The notes under the pieces: model-generated
The model's input: the letters and a program-made list of their open reading frames with translations, nothing else
Told to the model about the DNA's origin: nothing
The model's database searches: none
Position numbers and translations under genes: made by a program
In this document: piece after piece, positions 54,648 through 63,211 of the stretch
How positions within the stretch are numbered: position 1 is the first letter of the stretch
How the letters are laid out: every line of letters starts with the position of its first letter
Virus record (IMG/VR): IMGVR_UViG_3300028829_004004
Span: 1,352-65,351 of that record
Origin: a virus
Length of the DNA: 64,000 nucleotides
Strand: one strand, 5' to 3'

Positions 54648-54935
54648 ATGGTCAGTATTGATTTACCCACCGCAAGGGAGCAGAGGGAAGCAGTCCAGAA
54701 GGAAGGTATCTCGGAGAAGACATTAGAGGTGGTACGGAAGCAGTTAGCTGACGCTGCTAAGAGTGGGTGGGGGTACACTCACTTCACCGAGGCTATGAGT
54801 TGGGATGAAGTTGTCCTCTTACGTGATGTCCTCATTGAGAAAGGGTACACCACTAGCCTCTCGTTTGGAGAGAGTAACCCACGTACGCTGCAACCGTACA
54901 CCTTTGACCTTCGAGTAGCATGGCTAGGTGAATGA
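54648..54935 (+). CDS. Hypothetical protein
   Basis: AGGAG RBS before ATG 54648. Confidence 0.55.
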   Translation: MVSIDLPTAREQREAVQKEGISEKTLEVVRKQLADAAKSGWGYTHFTEAMSWDEVVLLRDVLIEKGYTTSLSFGESNPRTLQPYTFDLRVAWLGE

Positions 54936-55099
54936 AAGGGAAACCTAAAGCAAAGTGTTTAGCCTGCAACACTGAGTTAGCAGGCGGAAAGAGGAGCCGG
55001 TGCCCCCACTGTAACTCTTCTAATATAGAGTGGCCCTTCGACATGACATCCTATGAGGGTGAGCGGAGGCAAGCGAAACGTCAACAACACCAGAGGTGA
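54932..55099 (+). CDS. 55-aa Zn-ribbon-like protein (below cutoff)
   Basis: CLAC...CPHC; ATGA overlap. Confidence 0.5.
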   Translation: MKGKPKAKCLACNTELAGGKRSRCPHCNSSNIEWPFDMTSYEGERRQAKRQQHQR

Positions 55100-55102
55100 C
55101 AA

Positions 55103-55219
55103 ATGAAATTCCTTATCCTAACCCTTTTGATTATCGTAACTACTGGATGTCAGACGGCACTACCTGAACAGGAGATAACCGTAGAACCTATCCTGCTCGG
55201 TGTAAAGGTGGGATTTTAA
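55103..55219 (+). CDS. 38-aa putative lipoprotein (below cutoff)
   Basis: MKFLILTLLIIVTTGC lipobox-type signal; GAGG RBS. Confidence 0.5.
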   Translation: MKFLILTLLIIVTTGCQTALPEQEITVEPILLGVKVGF

Positions 55220-55391
55220 CAGTGCTCACTATTATGATATGCTGTCCTTGGGGGCGCGGGTTAGTCTCCGTAGTATGGGAAGCCCGGAGTGAGGTCAAGC
55301 GGTACCGGATCTCATTCTTCCTACGTAAAGGCCAGAGGTTCCCTTCCCCTCCCCACGTCCTACGACTAGGGCGTATTGTAGAGGTCACCAA

Positions 55392-56252
55392 ATGAGCAAC
55401 GGTGTCTTTTACTACTCCAACTTTGCTAAGATCACTCCACTGTTAGCAGTGTCCATCCACAGTCTCCGAAAGTTCTACGATGGTGCCATCCACGTCTGCT
55501 TCGGTCCTAGTACCCCCGAGTTCTTTTTGAACGAGGCTCGCAACAGTAAGGACTTTACACATAATGTAGTAGACAAACTTTACTACGAGGGGAGAGTGAA
55601 GACCGCGCAGCAAGGATGGTACGAAAAGCCCTTTGCCCTAAAACACCACTCCCCCTTTGAGAACACCTTGTTCTATGATGTCGATCATGTCTTCTACAAA
55701 GGGTTAGACCCCGCATTATTCCAGCTTATAGAGAAGGAAGGTATCTTCTCGGCTGTTGCAGAGGGTCTCCCCCGGAGGAACCGGAAGATATGCCAAGAGA
55801 TCAAAGCGGCTACAGGGGTTGAGTTAGAAAACTCCCCAAGGATTAGTGGTGCCTGCATAGGATACAATAAGCAGTCAGGTTATGTGGACGATTGGATTCA
55901 TTGGTTTCGGGTATTCCGAAAATACGGGCGAGGGGCCATAGGAAGAAACAGTGAGGAGTTCGGGTTAGGGTTTGTGTTCAACCACCTCGGCAAAGGGGTG
56001 AGGATACCCCCTGACATTAGCTATGGGTACCCACGCAGAGGTCTCTTGACTGAAGTACCTGAAGGGGTGACTGCCATCCACTTCTGTGCAGGTCGGTACT
56101 CACGCGGGGAACTCTGGTCAAAAGCCTACGCCGAAGCGTACAAGGCAGACTACATGGGTACACGGCGTCTCCTAGAGGAGTACGCTAAAGCTAATGGGGC
56201 AGTAGCTCGATTAAAGAACAATCTGGGTGATAAAGTGAGTGGACCAGCTTGA
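55392..56252 (+). CDS. GT-A (GT8-like) glycosyltransferase
   Basis: VSIHSLRKF, KPFAL, TLFYDVD, HFCAG; resembles the N-domain of 20867-22387. Confidence 0.7.
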   Translation: MSNGVFYYSNFAKITPLLAVSIHSLRKFYDGAIHVCFGPSTPEFFLNEARNSKDFTHNVVDKLYYEGRVKTAQQGWYEKPFALKHHSPFENTLFYDVDHVFYKGLDPALFQLIEKEGIFSAVAEGLPRRNRKICQEIKAATGVELENSPRISGACIGYNKQSGYVDDWIHWFRVFRKYGRGAIGRNSEEFGLGFVFNHLGKGVRIPPDISYGYPRRGLLTEVPEGVTAIHFCAGRYSRGELWSKAYAEAYKADYMGTRRLLEEYAKANGAVARLKNNLGDKVSGPA

Positions 56253-56587
56253 CATCACGGAGATCGGTGGTAGAGTTACCCGCCACAGAAACAAAGGAGG
56301 AACCAATGGAAGAGAGAAAGTTACTAGATGCCCCCGCGGCGAGAGACCTATATGACGAGTTTTGGGGAGAGCTTCGTAAAAGCTCCCTCATTCAGGACAA
56401 GCTCAAAGAGTGTCTGGAGAAAATAGAGGCCGCGGCTAGAGAGGGGAAAGATATCGTGCGTATACCCGCAGCAGAGTTTGACCTGACCGGCCCCCACCGT
56501 GAGGCTCTTACTCACCAACTTGACGAGTTGGGTTTTTCTTTTAACCTGTACTCCGCGACTTGGGAGATAAAGGGATGGGGGAAGTAG
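56249..56587 (+). CDS. Hypothetical protein
   Basis: AAGGAGG RBS before internal ATG 56306. Confidence 0.5.
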   Translation: MTSRRSVVELPATETKEEPMEERKLLDAPAARDLYDEFWGELRKSSLIQDKLKECLEKIEAAAREGKDIVRIPAAEFDLTGPHREALTHQLDELGFSFNLYSATWEIKGWGK

Positions 56588-56811
56588 AGGTGATTACTGA
56601 CGAGAAGCCTACCACCTCCGTTCAACTACGGGTGTTCGCTATTTGCGGCCTTGGTTTAGATGGGAGGTTTGTCCATCAAAGCGATCTCCTCTGGTTAGAG
56701 GGAATAGTCAGGAAGTACCCCAAATGGACAGTCGATGAATTGCAACCGTTTGCATCTGGGGAGGGAGGAGTCTGCAAGATGGAACCAACAATCAAGGAAC
56801 AATACAAATGA
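56560..56811 (+). CDS. Hypothetical protein
   Basis: Operon packing. Confidence 0.4.
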   Translation: MGDKGMGEVEVITDEKPTTSVQLRVFAICGLGLDGRFVHQSDLLWLEGIVRKYPKWTVDELQPFASGEGGVCKMEPTIKEQYK

Positions 56812-57179
56812 CGCCGTGTGCGCCTTACGCCCTTAGTAAATTAACTGGCATCCCCTTCCACGATGTGCTAGACTTGTGGAAGCGCGCCTTCCGCCTCGAT
56901 GATGATTGGGATGGACTTGGTACAGATGTCCAATGTGCGGGACTGCTTTGGAAGTTCAACATGCGGTTGGTCCCCCTCCAATCATACGCACGTAGCCTCC
57001 CCGATGTCTACGCAGACCTGCAAGAGTCTGAGGGGCAGTACCTTATATTCTTTGGTTGCCATTGTGTAGTCTTGCGCAGCGGTAAGATCATAGACCGGTA
57101 TGGTAGCCACACCATAGCAGACTACCCTTGGGAGGGAGATGTTACAGTAGGTGCAGTTCACAAGGTAATAGAGGAATAA
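56808..57179 (+). CDS. Hypothetical protein (possible papain-like fold: C...H)
   Basis: CAPYALS...YLIFFGCHCVVL. Confidence 0.45.
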   Translation: MTPCAPYALSKLTGIPFHDVLDLWKRAFRLDDDWDGLGTDVQCAGLLWKFNMRLVPLQSYARSLPDVYADLQESEGQYLIFFGCHCVVLRSGKIIDRYGSHTIADYPWEGDVTVGAVHKVIEE

Positions 57180-57219
57180 AGATGGAAGCAATAGATGCAG
57201 AAGATGATCGAAGGCCAGT

Positions 57220-57720
57220 ATGAAACTCCATATTGGATGCGGGAAGAAGTACATGAAAGGGTGGGTGAACATAGACGTAAACCCTAGACTAAAGACCGAC
57301 CTGTGTATAGATGTTGACAAGGGATTACCCTTTGATGATAGTTCAGTCACAGAGGTTAAGATGCACCACTCCCTTGAACATGTTAAGGGGTACCTCCAAT
57401 TCATAGAGGAACTCTACAGGGTGTGTACCAAAGATGCGCTGTGGCACATAACCGTACCGTACGTAACGTCGTCACACATGAACATGGTCAACCCCTACCA
57501 CCATACCCACTTCAATGAATTCTCTTTCGACTTCTTTAACCCAAAGAAGCTGAGAGGCAGCGCACACGAAATGAATAGTGCGAAGCTGAATGTAGTGTCC
57601 TTTGACCTCACCTACTTCCCGGAGTCCCGTCACCTGACAAAGGAAGAGAAAGAGTTCGCACGTAGACACTACTGGAACGTAGTCTCTCAGGTTCACTTTA
57701 AGATAAAGGTGATCAAATGA
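57220..57720 (+). CDS. Class I SAM-dependent methyltransferase-like protein
   Basis: KLHIGCG...GWVNID...LPFDDSSV...HSLEH, type often found in glycan clusters. Confidence 0.8.
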   Translation: MKLHIGCGKKYMKGWVNIDVNPRLKTDLCIDVDKGLPFDDSSVTEVKMHHSLEHVKGYLQFIEELYRVCTKDALWHITVPYVTSSHMNMVNPYHHTHFNEFSFDFFNPKKLRGSAHEMNSAKLNVVSFDLTYFPESRHLTKEEKEFARRHYWNVVSQVHFKIKVIK

Positions 57721-57746
57721 ATGCTGATGAAGCCGGAGGAGAGTAA

Positions 57747-58097
57747 ATGAGTTTAGACATTTCACTATACATGGACGTGGACACAGGTGGACCCGAGCTA
57801 CACCGGGTGACATTGTATGAAGCTAACTACACACACAACATAACAGCGATGGCTAGGGAAGCGGGGCTGTACGAATGTATCTGGTGCCCTGAAGACCACA
57901 CCTCTTTTCCAGTGGCAGGTGCATTGATCGGCCCTTTGAGAGAGGGGCTGCTTCGTATGCGAGAGGACCCGGAACGGTTCACTGCTCTCAATCCAGAGAA
58001 CGGGTGGGGGAGCTACGATACTTTCCTAGATTGGGTAGACAGGTACTTACACGCCTGCACCGAACATCCGAAAGCATCTATCCACACTTGGAGATAA
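57747..58097 (+). CDS. Conserved phage hypothetical protein
   Basis: NYTHN...MAREAG...NPENGWGSY; GAGGAG RBS. Confidence 0.7.
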   Translation: MSLDISLYMDVDTGGPELHRVTLYEANYTHNITAMAREAGLYECIWCPEDHTSFPVAGALIGPLREGLLRMREDPERFTALNPENGWGSYDTFLDWVDRYLHACTEHPKASIHTWR

Positions 58098-58100
58098 ACC

Positions 58101-58382
58101 ATGGACAGCGAAGAAACCATTGCTTACAACAAGGGGATTGAAACCGCGATCTCTCTAGTACATGAGAGTGTCTTCTGCCCAGAGGACCGAGAGACTATCC
58201 TCTGCGCTTTAGCCAGTAGTAAACTCACAGTACCCGAGGAGCTATCATCATCATCTGAGGAAGAGGAAGAGGATTGGTACGCGCCTTTGGCCTGCGCAGC
58301 ACCACACCAACAGGAACAAGAAAGCACAGTGAAAGAGAAAACGAGACCAGCCCCGCCTCCGGGGCAGGACGCATGGAGATAA
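58101..58382 (+). CDS. Hypothetical protein
   Basis: GGAG RBS. Confidence 0.45.
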   Translation: MDSEETIAYNKGIETAISLVHESVFCPEDRETILCALASSKLTVPEELSSSSEEEEEDWYAPLACAAPHQQEQESTVKEKTRPAPPPGQDAWR

Positions 58383-58387
58383 ACAAT

Positions 58388-58582
58388 ATGAAAACAACAA
58401 CCCCCGTAACTAAACTAGCCAAATGGTTCGCCGCGCATATCCGGCCTGACTTCATCCTATCCCCCATTGCCACTAGTAATATTAAGTACCGCTACCCCGG
58501 AGACCTCTACGTAGGGAAGACAAACGTCTTCATCTTCGGAGTAAGAGTAGCCCAATTCCAACGCACCGCACCTTGGGACTAA
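58388..58582 (+). CDS. Hypothetical protein
   Basis: GGAG RBS before ATG 58388. Confidence 0.45.
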   Translation: MKTTTPVTKLAKWFAAHIRPDFILSPIATSNIKYRYPGDLYVGKTNVFIFGVRVAQFQRTAPWD

Positions 58583-59079
58583 CATGGAAGTAACACTAAA
58601 TGCAAACGTTTGCATGAGCCTATCCTGCGCTAGAGCGGGGTTGCAGCCGACGCGCCATGATTGTAAGGGATCTCTCGAGTACGGGAGCCACAAGCCCCAT
58701 CTCTAATGCGCAAGAAAGTGTTAATAAATTAGCTTTTAATGGCTTTATTGCTCATTAACCGCCATTATAATAGCGATATGGAGGATTCGCATAGGGTGCC
58801 TGTGTGATGAGTGTATGAAGTGTGAGTGGAAAGACGATGTCCGCACAGAATGGCAGGATACTTGGGAAGAAGCATTAGAACAGTGGGAAGAGATGATGGC
58901 AGAATGCAAACGTTTGCAACCAGAGAAACTAGGATGAAAACTGATAGAATAGAACTCACTGAGTACAAAGACTTCCGCATAGGCAGCATCATCCAATCCT
59001 ACTTCAAAGGATACCCGCGCCCGCATATACCACATCTCCCCAGCAGGTGAACCTAACAGATAAACACTAGAGAACACAG

Positions 59080-59298
59080 ATGAATAACCTAGATAAAAGC
59101 GGGTGGCGCGAAGTCACCCCTAGACTAGTCAATACCTTCTATGACACCGCCCCACCCTATTGCAGACAATGTAAAGAGGAGATTCCTGAATCAACACTAG
59201 TCACTATAGATACAGATGGTTTGCACGACGGCGGCTTTGTCTGTACTACATGTACAGAAGCAATATTAGATAAGATCCGCCAGAACTTCAACCTATGA
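59080..59298 (+). CDS. Small Zn-finger-like protein
   Basis: CRQC...CTTC. Confidence 0.45.
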   Translation: MNNLDKSGWREVTPRLVNTFYDTAPPYCRQCKEEIPESTLVTIDTDGLHDGGFVCTTCTEAILDKIRQNFNL

Positions 59299-59368
59299 AT
59301 ACTACTGAAGACACCGACTGCGATAGCTGTGGCGATGGTTATCCATCGCAAGAACAAGGGGAAGGCTG

Positions 59369-59716
59369 ATGCACCAAGTACTTTGCGATACATGTGGCGC
59401 TGTTTGGGGCAAAGAAGATCGGGAGTCGCTATATCTCGTGAGTCCCACCATGCAGACCGTGTACGGGATTGACGCTTGGCCTCAATTCGGATGGAAGGGA
59501 GACCAATGCAATGCCTGCGTTCACAAGGCGATGGAAGACATTCGATTGGTCGATGAGCGCGAGATGGACACGCTTCGCTACGGCTGGAAGGAAGAGCGTG
59601 AGCGTCGGCTGAATGCGGATGAGCCAATTCTGCCTGTTTTCAGGGCGACGGATAACGACAAGAACAACTGCGAGCGAAGCGAGTCTGTTGATTCGATTTG
59701 TTCGGATAAGGAGTAA
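59369..59716 (+). CDS. Hypothetical protein
   Basis: CDTC...CNAC; GGAAGG RBS. Confidence 0.5.
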   Translation: MHQVLCDTCGAVWGKEDRESLYLVSPTMQTVYGIDAWPQFGWKGDQCNACVHKAMEDIRLVDEREMDTLRYGWKEERERRLNADEPILPVFRATDNDKNNCERSESVDSICSDKE

Positions 59717-59723
59717 TACGAAT

Positions 59724-59882
59724 ATGGACATCACAGGAAAAACCATCACCAAAGTCACCGAGATGAAAAAACCGGAATACGACGATACCGGCTGGCTTAA
59801 GATCGACTTCACGGACGGGACTCACTGCGTCATCTATGCCGGATACTTCGGATACACGGGAAAGTCAGAAGACGAGGGATGA
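59724..59882 (+). CDS. Hypothetical protein
   Basis: AAGGAG RBS, MDITGKTITKV. Confidence 0.45.
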   Translation: MDITGKTITKVTEMKKPEYDDTGWLKIDFTDGTHCVIYAGYFGYTGKSEDEG

Positions 59883-60115
59883 AGCACTCCCCCACGCCAT
59901 ATTTGACATGTGACAACTGCTCGCGCAAGATCGAGTGCCATGATAACGGGCACATGAAATACCCCATCGCGACAAAGGGAAAAATAGATGGTCCTGAAGG
60001 GTGGTATACGGTGGAATTCCATATAGGTGACAAGCTGTGGGATTTCTGTTCACTCAAGTGCGGTTCTAAATTCTTAGGCCGTAAGCATGAACACCAAAAA
60101 AAGGTGCGTGGATGA
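59879..60115 (+). CDS. Small Cys-rich protein
   Basis: CDNC...FCSLKC; ATGA overlaps. Confidence 0.5.
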   Translation: MKHSPTPYLTCDNCSRKIECHDNGHMKYPIATKGKIDGPEGWYTVEFHIGDKLWDFCSLKCGSKFLGRKHEHQKKVRG

Positions 60116-60345
60116 AGGAGGCATGGATAGGAACCGGAGTCGCAGAGTTTCGCTGCAACGCATGCGGACGGGTTGTTACACGCAATCTCGGATGGAAAAC
60201 GTGGCACCCTAGTCACTGCGGTGCCATGGATAGACATGCGCGTCTGTATCGGATATCAGCGCCAGCAAGAGAAGATAACGCGGCCATCTGCGCGGATGCG
60301 CAGAATGGGCCTGGTTATCGAAACTCAGAACAAGGAGAGGACTGA
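60112..60345 (+). CDS. Hypothetical protein
   Basis: ATGA overlap; CNAC. Confidence 0.45.
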   Translation: MKEAWIGTGVAEFRCNACGRVVTRNLGWKTWHPSHCGAMDRHARLYRISAPAREDNAAICADAQNGPGYRNSEQGED

Positions 60346-60346
60346 G

Positions 60347-60532
60347 ATGCAGCCCATGGGACGCAAACCTGTGAAATTCCCCGGAAAGCGTGACTGTCAC
60401 CCTCCGAAAGGTCTTGTGAACTGGTGGGAGGCCGATTTCGGGAACGGGGAGAACAAGAAATCTGCCCGACAAGAAGCGAAGCAGGCAATACGAAATCAAG
60501 AGGAAGAGTATAACGACGAGGTCCAGCCATGA
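60347..60532 (+). CDS. Hypothetical protein
   Basis: GAGG RBS before ATG 60347. Confidence 0.5.
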   Translation: MQPMGRKPVKFPGKRDCHPPKGLVNWWEADFGNGENKKSARQEAKQAIRNQEEEYNDEVQP

Positions 60533-60822
60533 GCGATAGCGAACTGGCTGCACCTCTTTGTTATGCCGAGGTCTACGTACATCGGCATTTCGCAACACAT
60601 CAGCCGATTGATATTGACGTGTTCAGGTGGAGCGGCGACAGATACATGTTGGGCGTTCTTGAAGAAACCGAAATTGGTGATCTTGAGGACTGCTTACTTG
60701 GGCTGCCAACCGAGCAGGCAATCAGTGTGAAGATCACCTTCGCTCGCGAGGACGAATCCTTGGACGGTCCGCCAGTGTGGGCATATTACGTGGAGTCAAT
60801 CACTCAATCGGAGAAGTCGTGA
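60529..60822 (+). CDS. Hypothetical protein
   Basis: ATGA overlap, GAGG RBS. Confidence 0.5.
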   Translation: MSDSELAAPLCYAEVYVHRHFATHQPIDIDVFRWSGDRYMLGVLEETEIGDLEDCLLGLPTEQAISVKITFAREDESLDGPPVWAYYVESITQSEKS

Positions 60823-61085
60823 TGCAGTACGAGGGCAAACTCTATGGGAAGGTCGGCCGCAAATACTTCCCGCTCGAAATGGATTCCGCTGACGTTGACG
60901 TGCTCAAGCGCGCGTTGGCCGATTGGCTGGATTGCTGGGATACGCCCGACGAATGGATGAGGTGTCGCAACAACGCGAAAATTGCGCTTGGTCGCTCGGC
61001 CGACCCTACGGAATATACCTGGCCAGATAACGACCAGCTCTGCTCGAATGAGCAGCAGCGGCTGGTTGGCGAGGTGTCGGAATGA
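60822..61085 (+). CDS. Hypothetical protein
   Basis: MQYEGKLYGKVG; GGAG RBS. Confidence 0.5.
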   Translation: MQYEGKLYGKVGRKYFPLEMDSADVDVLKRALADWLDCWDTPDEWMRCRNNAKIALGRSADPTEYTWPDNDQLCSNEQQRLVGEVSE

Positions 61086-61288
61086 GCGGCAATCACGTAA
61101 TGGGCGAGGTGTGGGCATCCGCCGATAGCCGCACGGTTGCGCTCTTTGAGGTGCATCCACGCGGTACCAATCAACGACGAAGAGGCACACGGCCATTGGC
61201 GGCACATTGCGACCTTGACGCCGGGGGAACTCTGTGCCGCGATTTTGGCGGCTGCTGAAGCAAAAGCTAACAACCGGATATCCGAACA

Positions 61289-61528
61289 ATGACTGACTAC
61301 GAAAAGGCAAAAGCTGCGGGACTGACGCAAGTTGACCGATGGGGTGAGGGCAAAGAACATCACCCTATGTCAGAGAGAATCGCCAACTTCCTTGTGGATC
61401 ACGATTATCACGACTATGGGGATTATTTTTGCTGGAAGTTGGGAGGCGATGGGGACAATGGCGAGACGCTCGCCTTCCAGATGGATGCTTTTTTTGAACT
61501 TCTGGATAACGCCAAGGATCTCCCATGA
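61289..61528 (+). CDS. Conserved phage hypothetical protein
   Basis: FCWKLGGDGDNGETL; ATGA overlap. Confidence 0.55.
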   Translation: MTDYEKAKAAGLTQVDRWGEGKEHHPMSERIANFLVDHDYHDYGDYFCWKLGGDGDNGETLAFQMDAFFELLDNAKDLP

Positions 61529-62265
61529 CTGAACGAGGAACGAGAGAAGGCATTGGCGAGCATCCGCTTGTTCTGCTTGACCTGTTTTGCTGCGAAGGTG
61601 GAGCGGGCGAGGGCTATCGACGGGCGGGGTTCGACGTGGTGGGCGTGGACATCGAAGATAAAAGTGGGCGCAACCCGCACCGCTTTATTCAAGGTGAAGC
61701 GTTGGAATATCTCGCCGCACACGGTCACGAATACGACATCATTCACGCTAGCCCGCCTTGCCAAAGTTACAGCAAGAACCTGAAACACATGGCCGCACCG
61801 AAACCGATGCTGATCGAGCCGACAATAGAACTCCTAAAAAGCACGGGGAAACCGTGGATCATGGAGAACGTCGATGGCGCACCGCTAGCGACCAGAAGTG
61901 AAAACGGCAGGCATGGCGTCGTCCTCTGCGGAACGATGTTCGGAAAGCGTGTTTACCGACATCGGATCTTTGAAACCTCGTTCCCGATTGTAGCGCCTCG
62001 CCCGTGCGACCACTCACGGAAGGCAATGAACCCTTTCAAGCACGAAGGATGGTATCGAATCCGTGAGGAGTTCGGGACGGAACACACGCCCGAGAAAGTG
62101 TGGCGGCTAGAAATGGGCTTGCCTTGGATGAGCAAGCAGGGAGCAAGGGAAGCCGTGCCGCCCGTGTTCACGGAATACGTGGGGCGTGAATTTTTGAAGC
62201 AGAACGCCGAGATCAGCGGCTTGTCCGCTGCATCGGCTGGTTATCAATCGCAGGGAGAAGACTGA
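61525..62265 (+). CDS. Orphan C5-cytosine DNA methyltransferase-like protein
   Basis: LDLFCCEGG (motif I), ASPPCQ (IV), IMENV (VI), RHRIF (VIII). Confidence 0.8.
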   Translation: MTERGTREGIGEHPLVLLDLFCCEGGAGEGYRRAGFDVVGVDIEDKSGRNPHRFIQGEALEYLAAHGHEYDIIHASPPCQSYSKNLKHMAAPKPMLIEPTIELLKSTGKPWIMENVDGAPLATRSENGRHGVVLCGTMFGKRVYRHRIFETSFPIVAPRPCDHSRKAMNPFKHEGWYRIREEFGTEHTPEKVWRLEMGLPWMSKQGAREAVPPVFTEYVGREFLKQNAEISGLSAASAGYQSQGED

Positions 62266-62480
62266 TGGGAACCGGACAGAGAAAGGCGCGGGAGGATGAG
62301 GAAGACTATATCGACTTATGTGAGAGGTTTGGTGAGGTAGTACAAACCAAAACCACTGTCGTAGGTGGAGGATGGGGACGGCGGGTCACTTTTGTAGACT
62401 GTTATGGTTCGCATGCATCTGAGTTGAGCCGTAGAGCTAACGCGGCCATCTCAGACAGAAATCTGCGTGGCGACACGTAG
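62265..62480 (+). CDS. Hypothetical protein
   Basis: Start overlaps methyltransferase stop. Confidence 0.45.
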   Translation: MGTGQRKAREDEEDYIDLCERFGEVVQTKTTVVGGGWGRRVTFVDCYGSHASELSRRANAAISDRNLRGDT

Positions 62481-62496
62481 CTGGAATACAACAAAA

Positions 62497-62577
62497 GACA
62501 CGGTAGCTCAGGGCATTTAGTGGTAGAGCACCCGAGACTAATCGGAGAGGTCGTAGGTTCGAGTCCTACCCGTGTCT
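62497..62577 (+). tRNA. tRNA-like element with aberrant anticodon arm (identity undetermined)
   Basis: 7-bp acceptor stem GACACGG/CCGTGTC, D stem GCTC/GAGC with enlarged loop, T arm GTAGG-TTCGAGT-CCTAC; anticodon stem CCGA/TCGG with 6-nt loop GACTAA; ends T-CCT rather than CCA. Confidence 0.65.
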
Positions 62578-62725
62578 CCTTTGTATTTCCGCCAAGAGCC
62601 TAAGCAACCATGATGACACCCTTTAAGCATTTGCAAACGTTTGCATAGCACCCCCCAGATGACAACCCTCCCCCCACATAAACTACAAATGCAAACGTTT
62701 GCATAGAACAGACTGATACGGTAGG

Positions 62726-62789
62726 AATAAAAAAAACAAACAAAAATAAAAAAAAACAAACAAACAAAAATAAAAAAAAACAAACAAAT
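62726..62789. repeat. A-tract tandem repeat T-A8/9-(CAAA)2-3 x3
   Basis: Read directly from the sequence. Confidence 0.9.
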
Positions 62790-63157
62790 CTTAACTCCTC
62801 CCCTCTCCGCCGAGGTAGAAAAATGGGCCGGAGGGGAGGGGACCTCAAGCCGACATTCACATATCTGCATAAGCGAATACCATCTGGATATACGGATAAG
62901 CGAATGTGAAAAAAGGTGGGGAGGGAAAGCAACTGGAACCGCTCCAGTTCACTTCCGTACTGGCCCTCTTTTTCACCACATATACGGACATGCAAATGTT
63001 TGCATACGTTCTCCCGGCGCTTCTATTGTCTCCCCTAGCCTAGCCTTTTGCAACTAACCACCGCGCTTTTGTATCCTTCCGCCATATGTTTTTGCGACTA
63101 TGCAAATGATTGCACGGAAGACAACGCGAGTGGACACTACGGAAGACAATAGAAACA

Positions 63158-63211
63158 CGCGGTAAGAAAAACGGCTGTACAGACATAGACACAAGCGCGG
63201 TAAGAAAAACG
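63158..63211. repeat. Direct repeat CGCGGTAAGAAAAACG x2 (period 38)
   Basis: Copies at 63158-63173 and 63196-63211. Confidence 0.85.

Noticed and set aside
58700-58780. AT-rich stretch with TATAAT as a promoter
   Set aside because: No plausible -35 at 16-18 nt spacing
61082-61292. Possible frameshifted small gene between 61082 and 61289
   Set aside because: Two overlapping short frames with no recognisable homology, so a shift cannot be distinguished from chance
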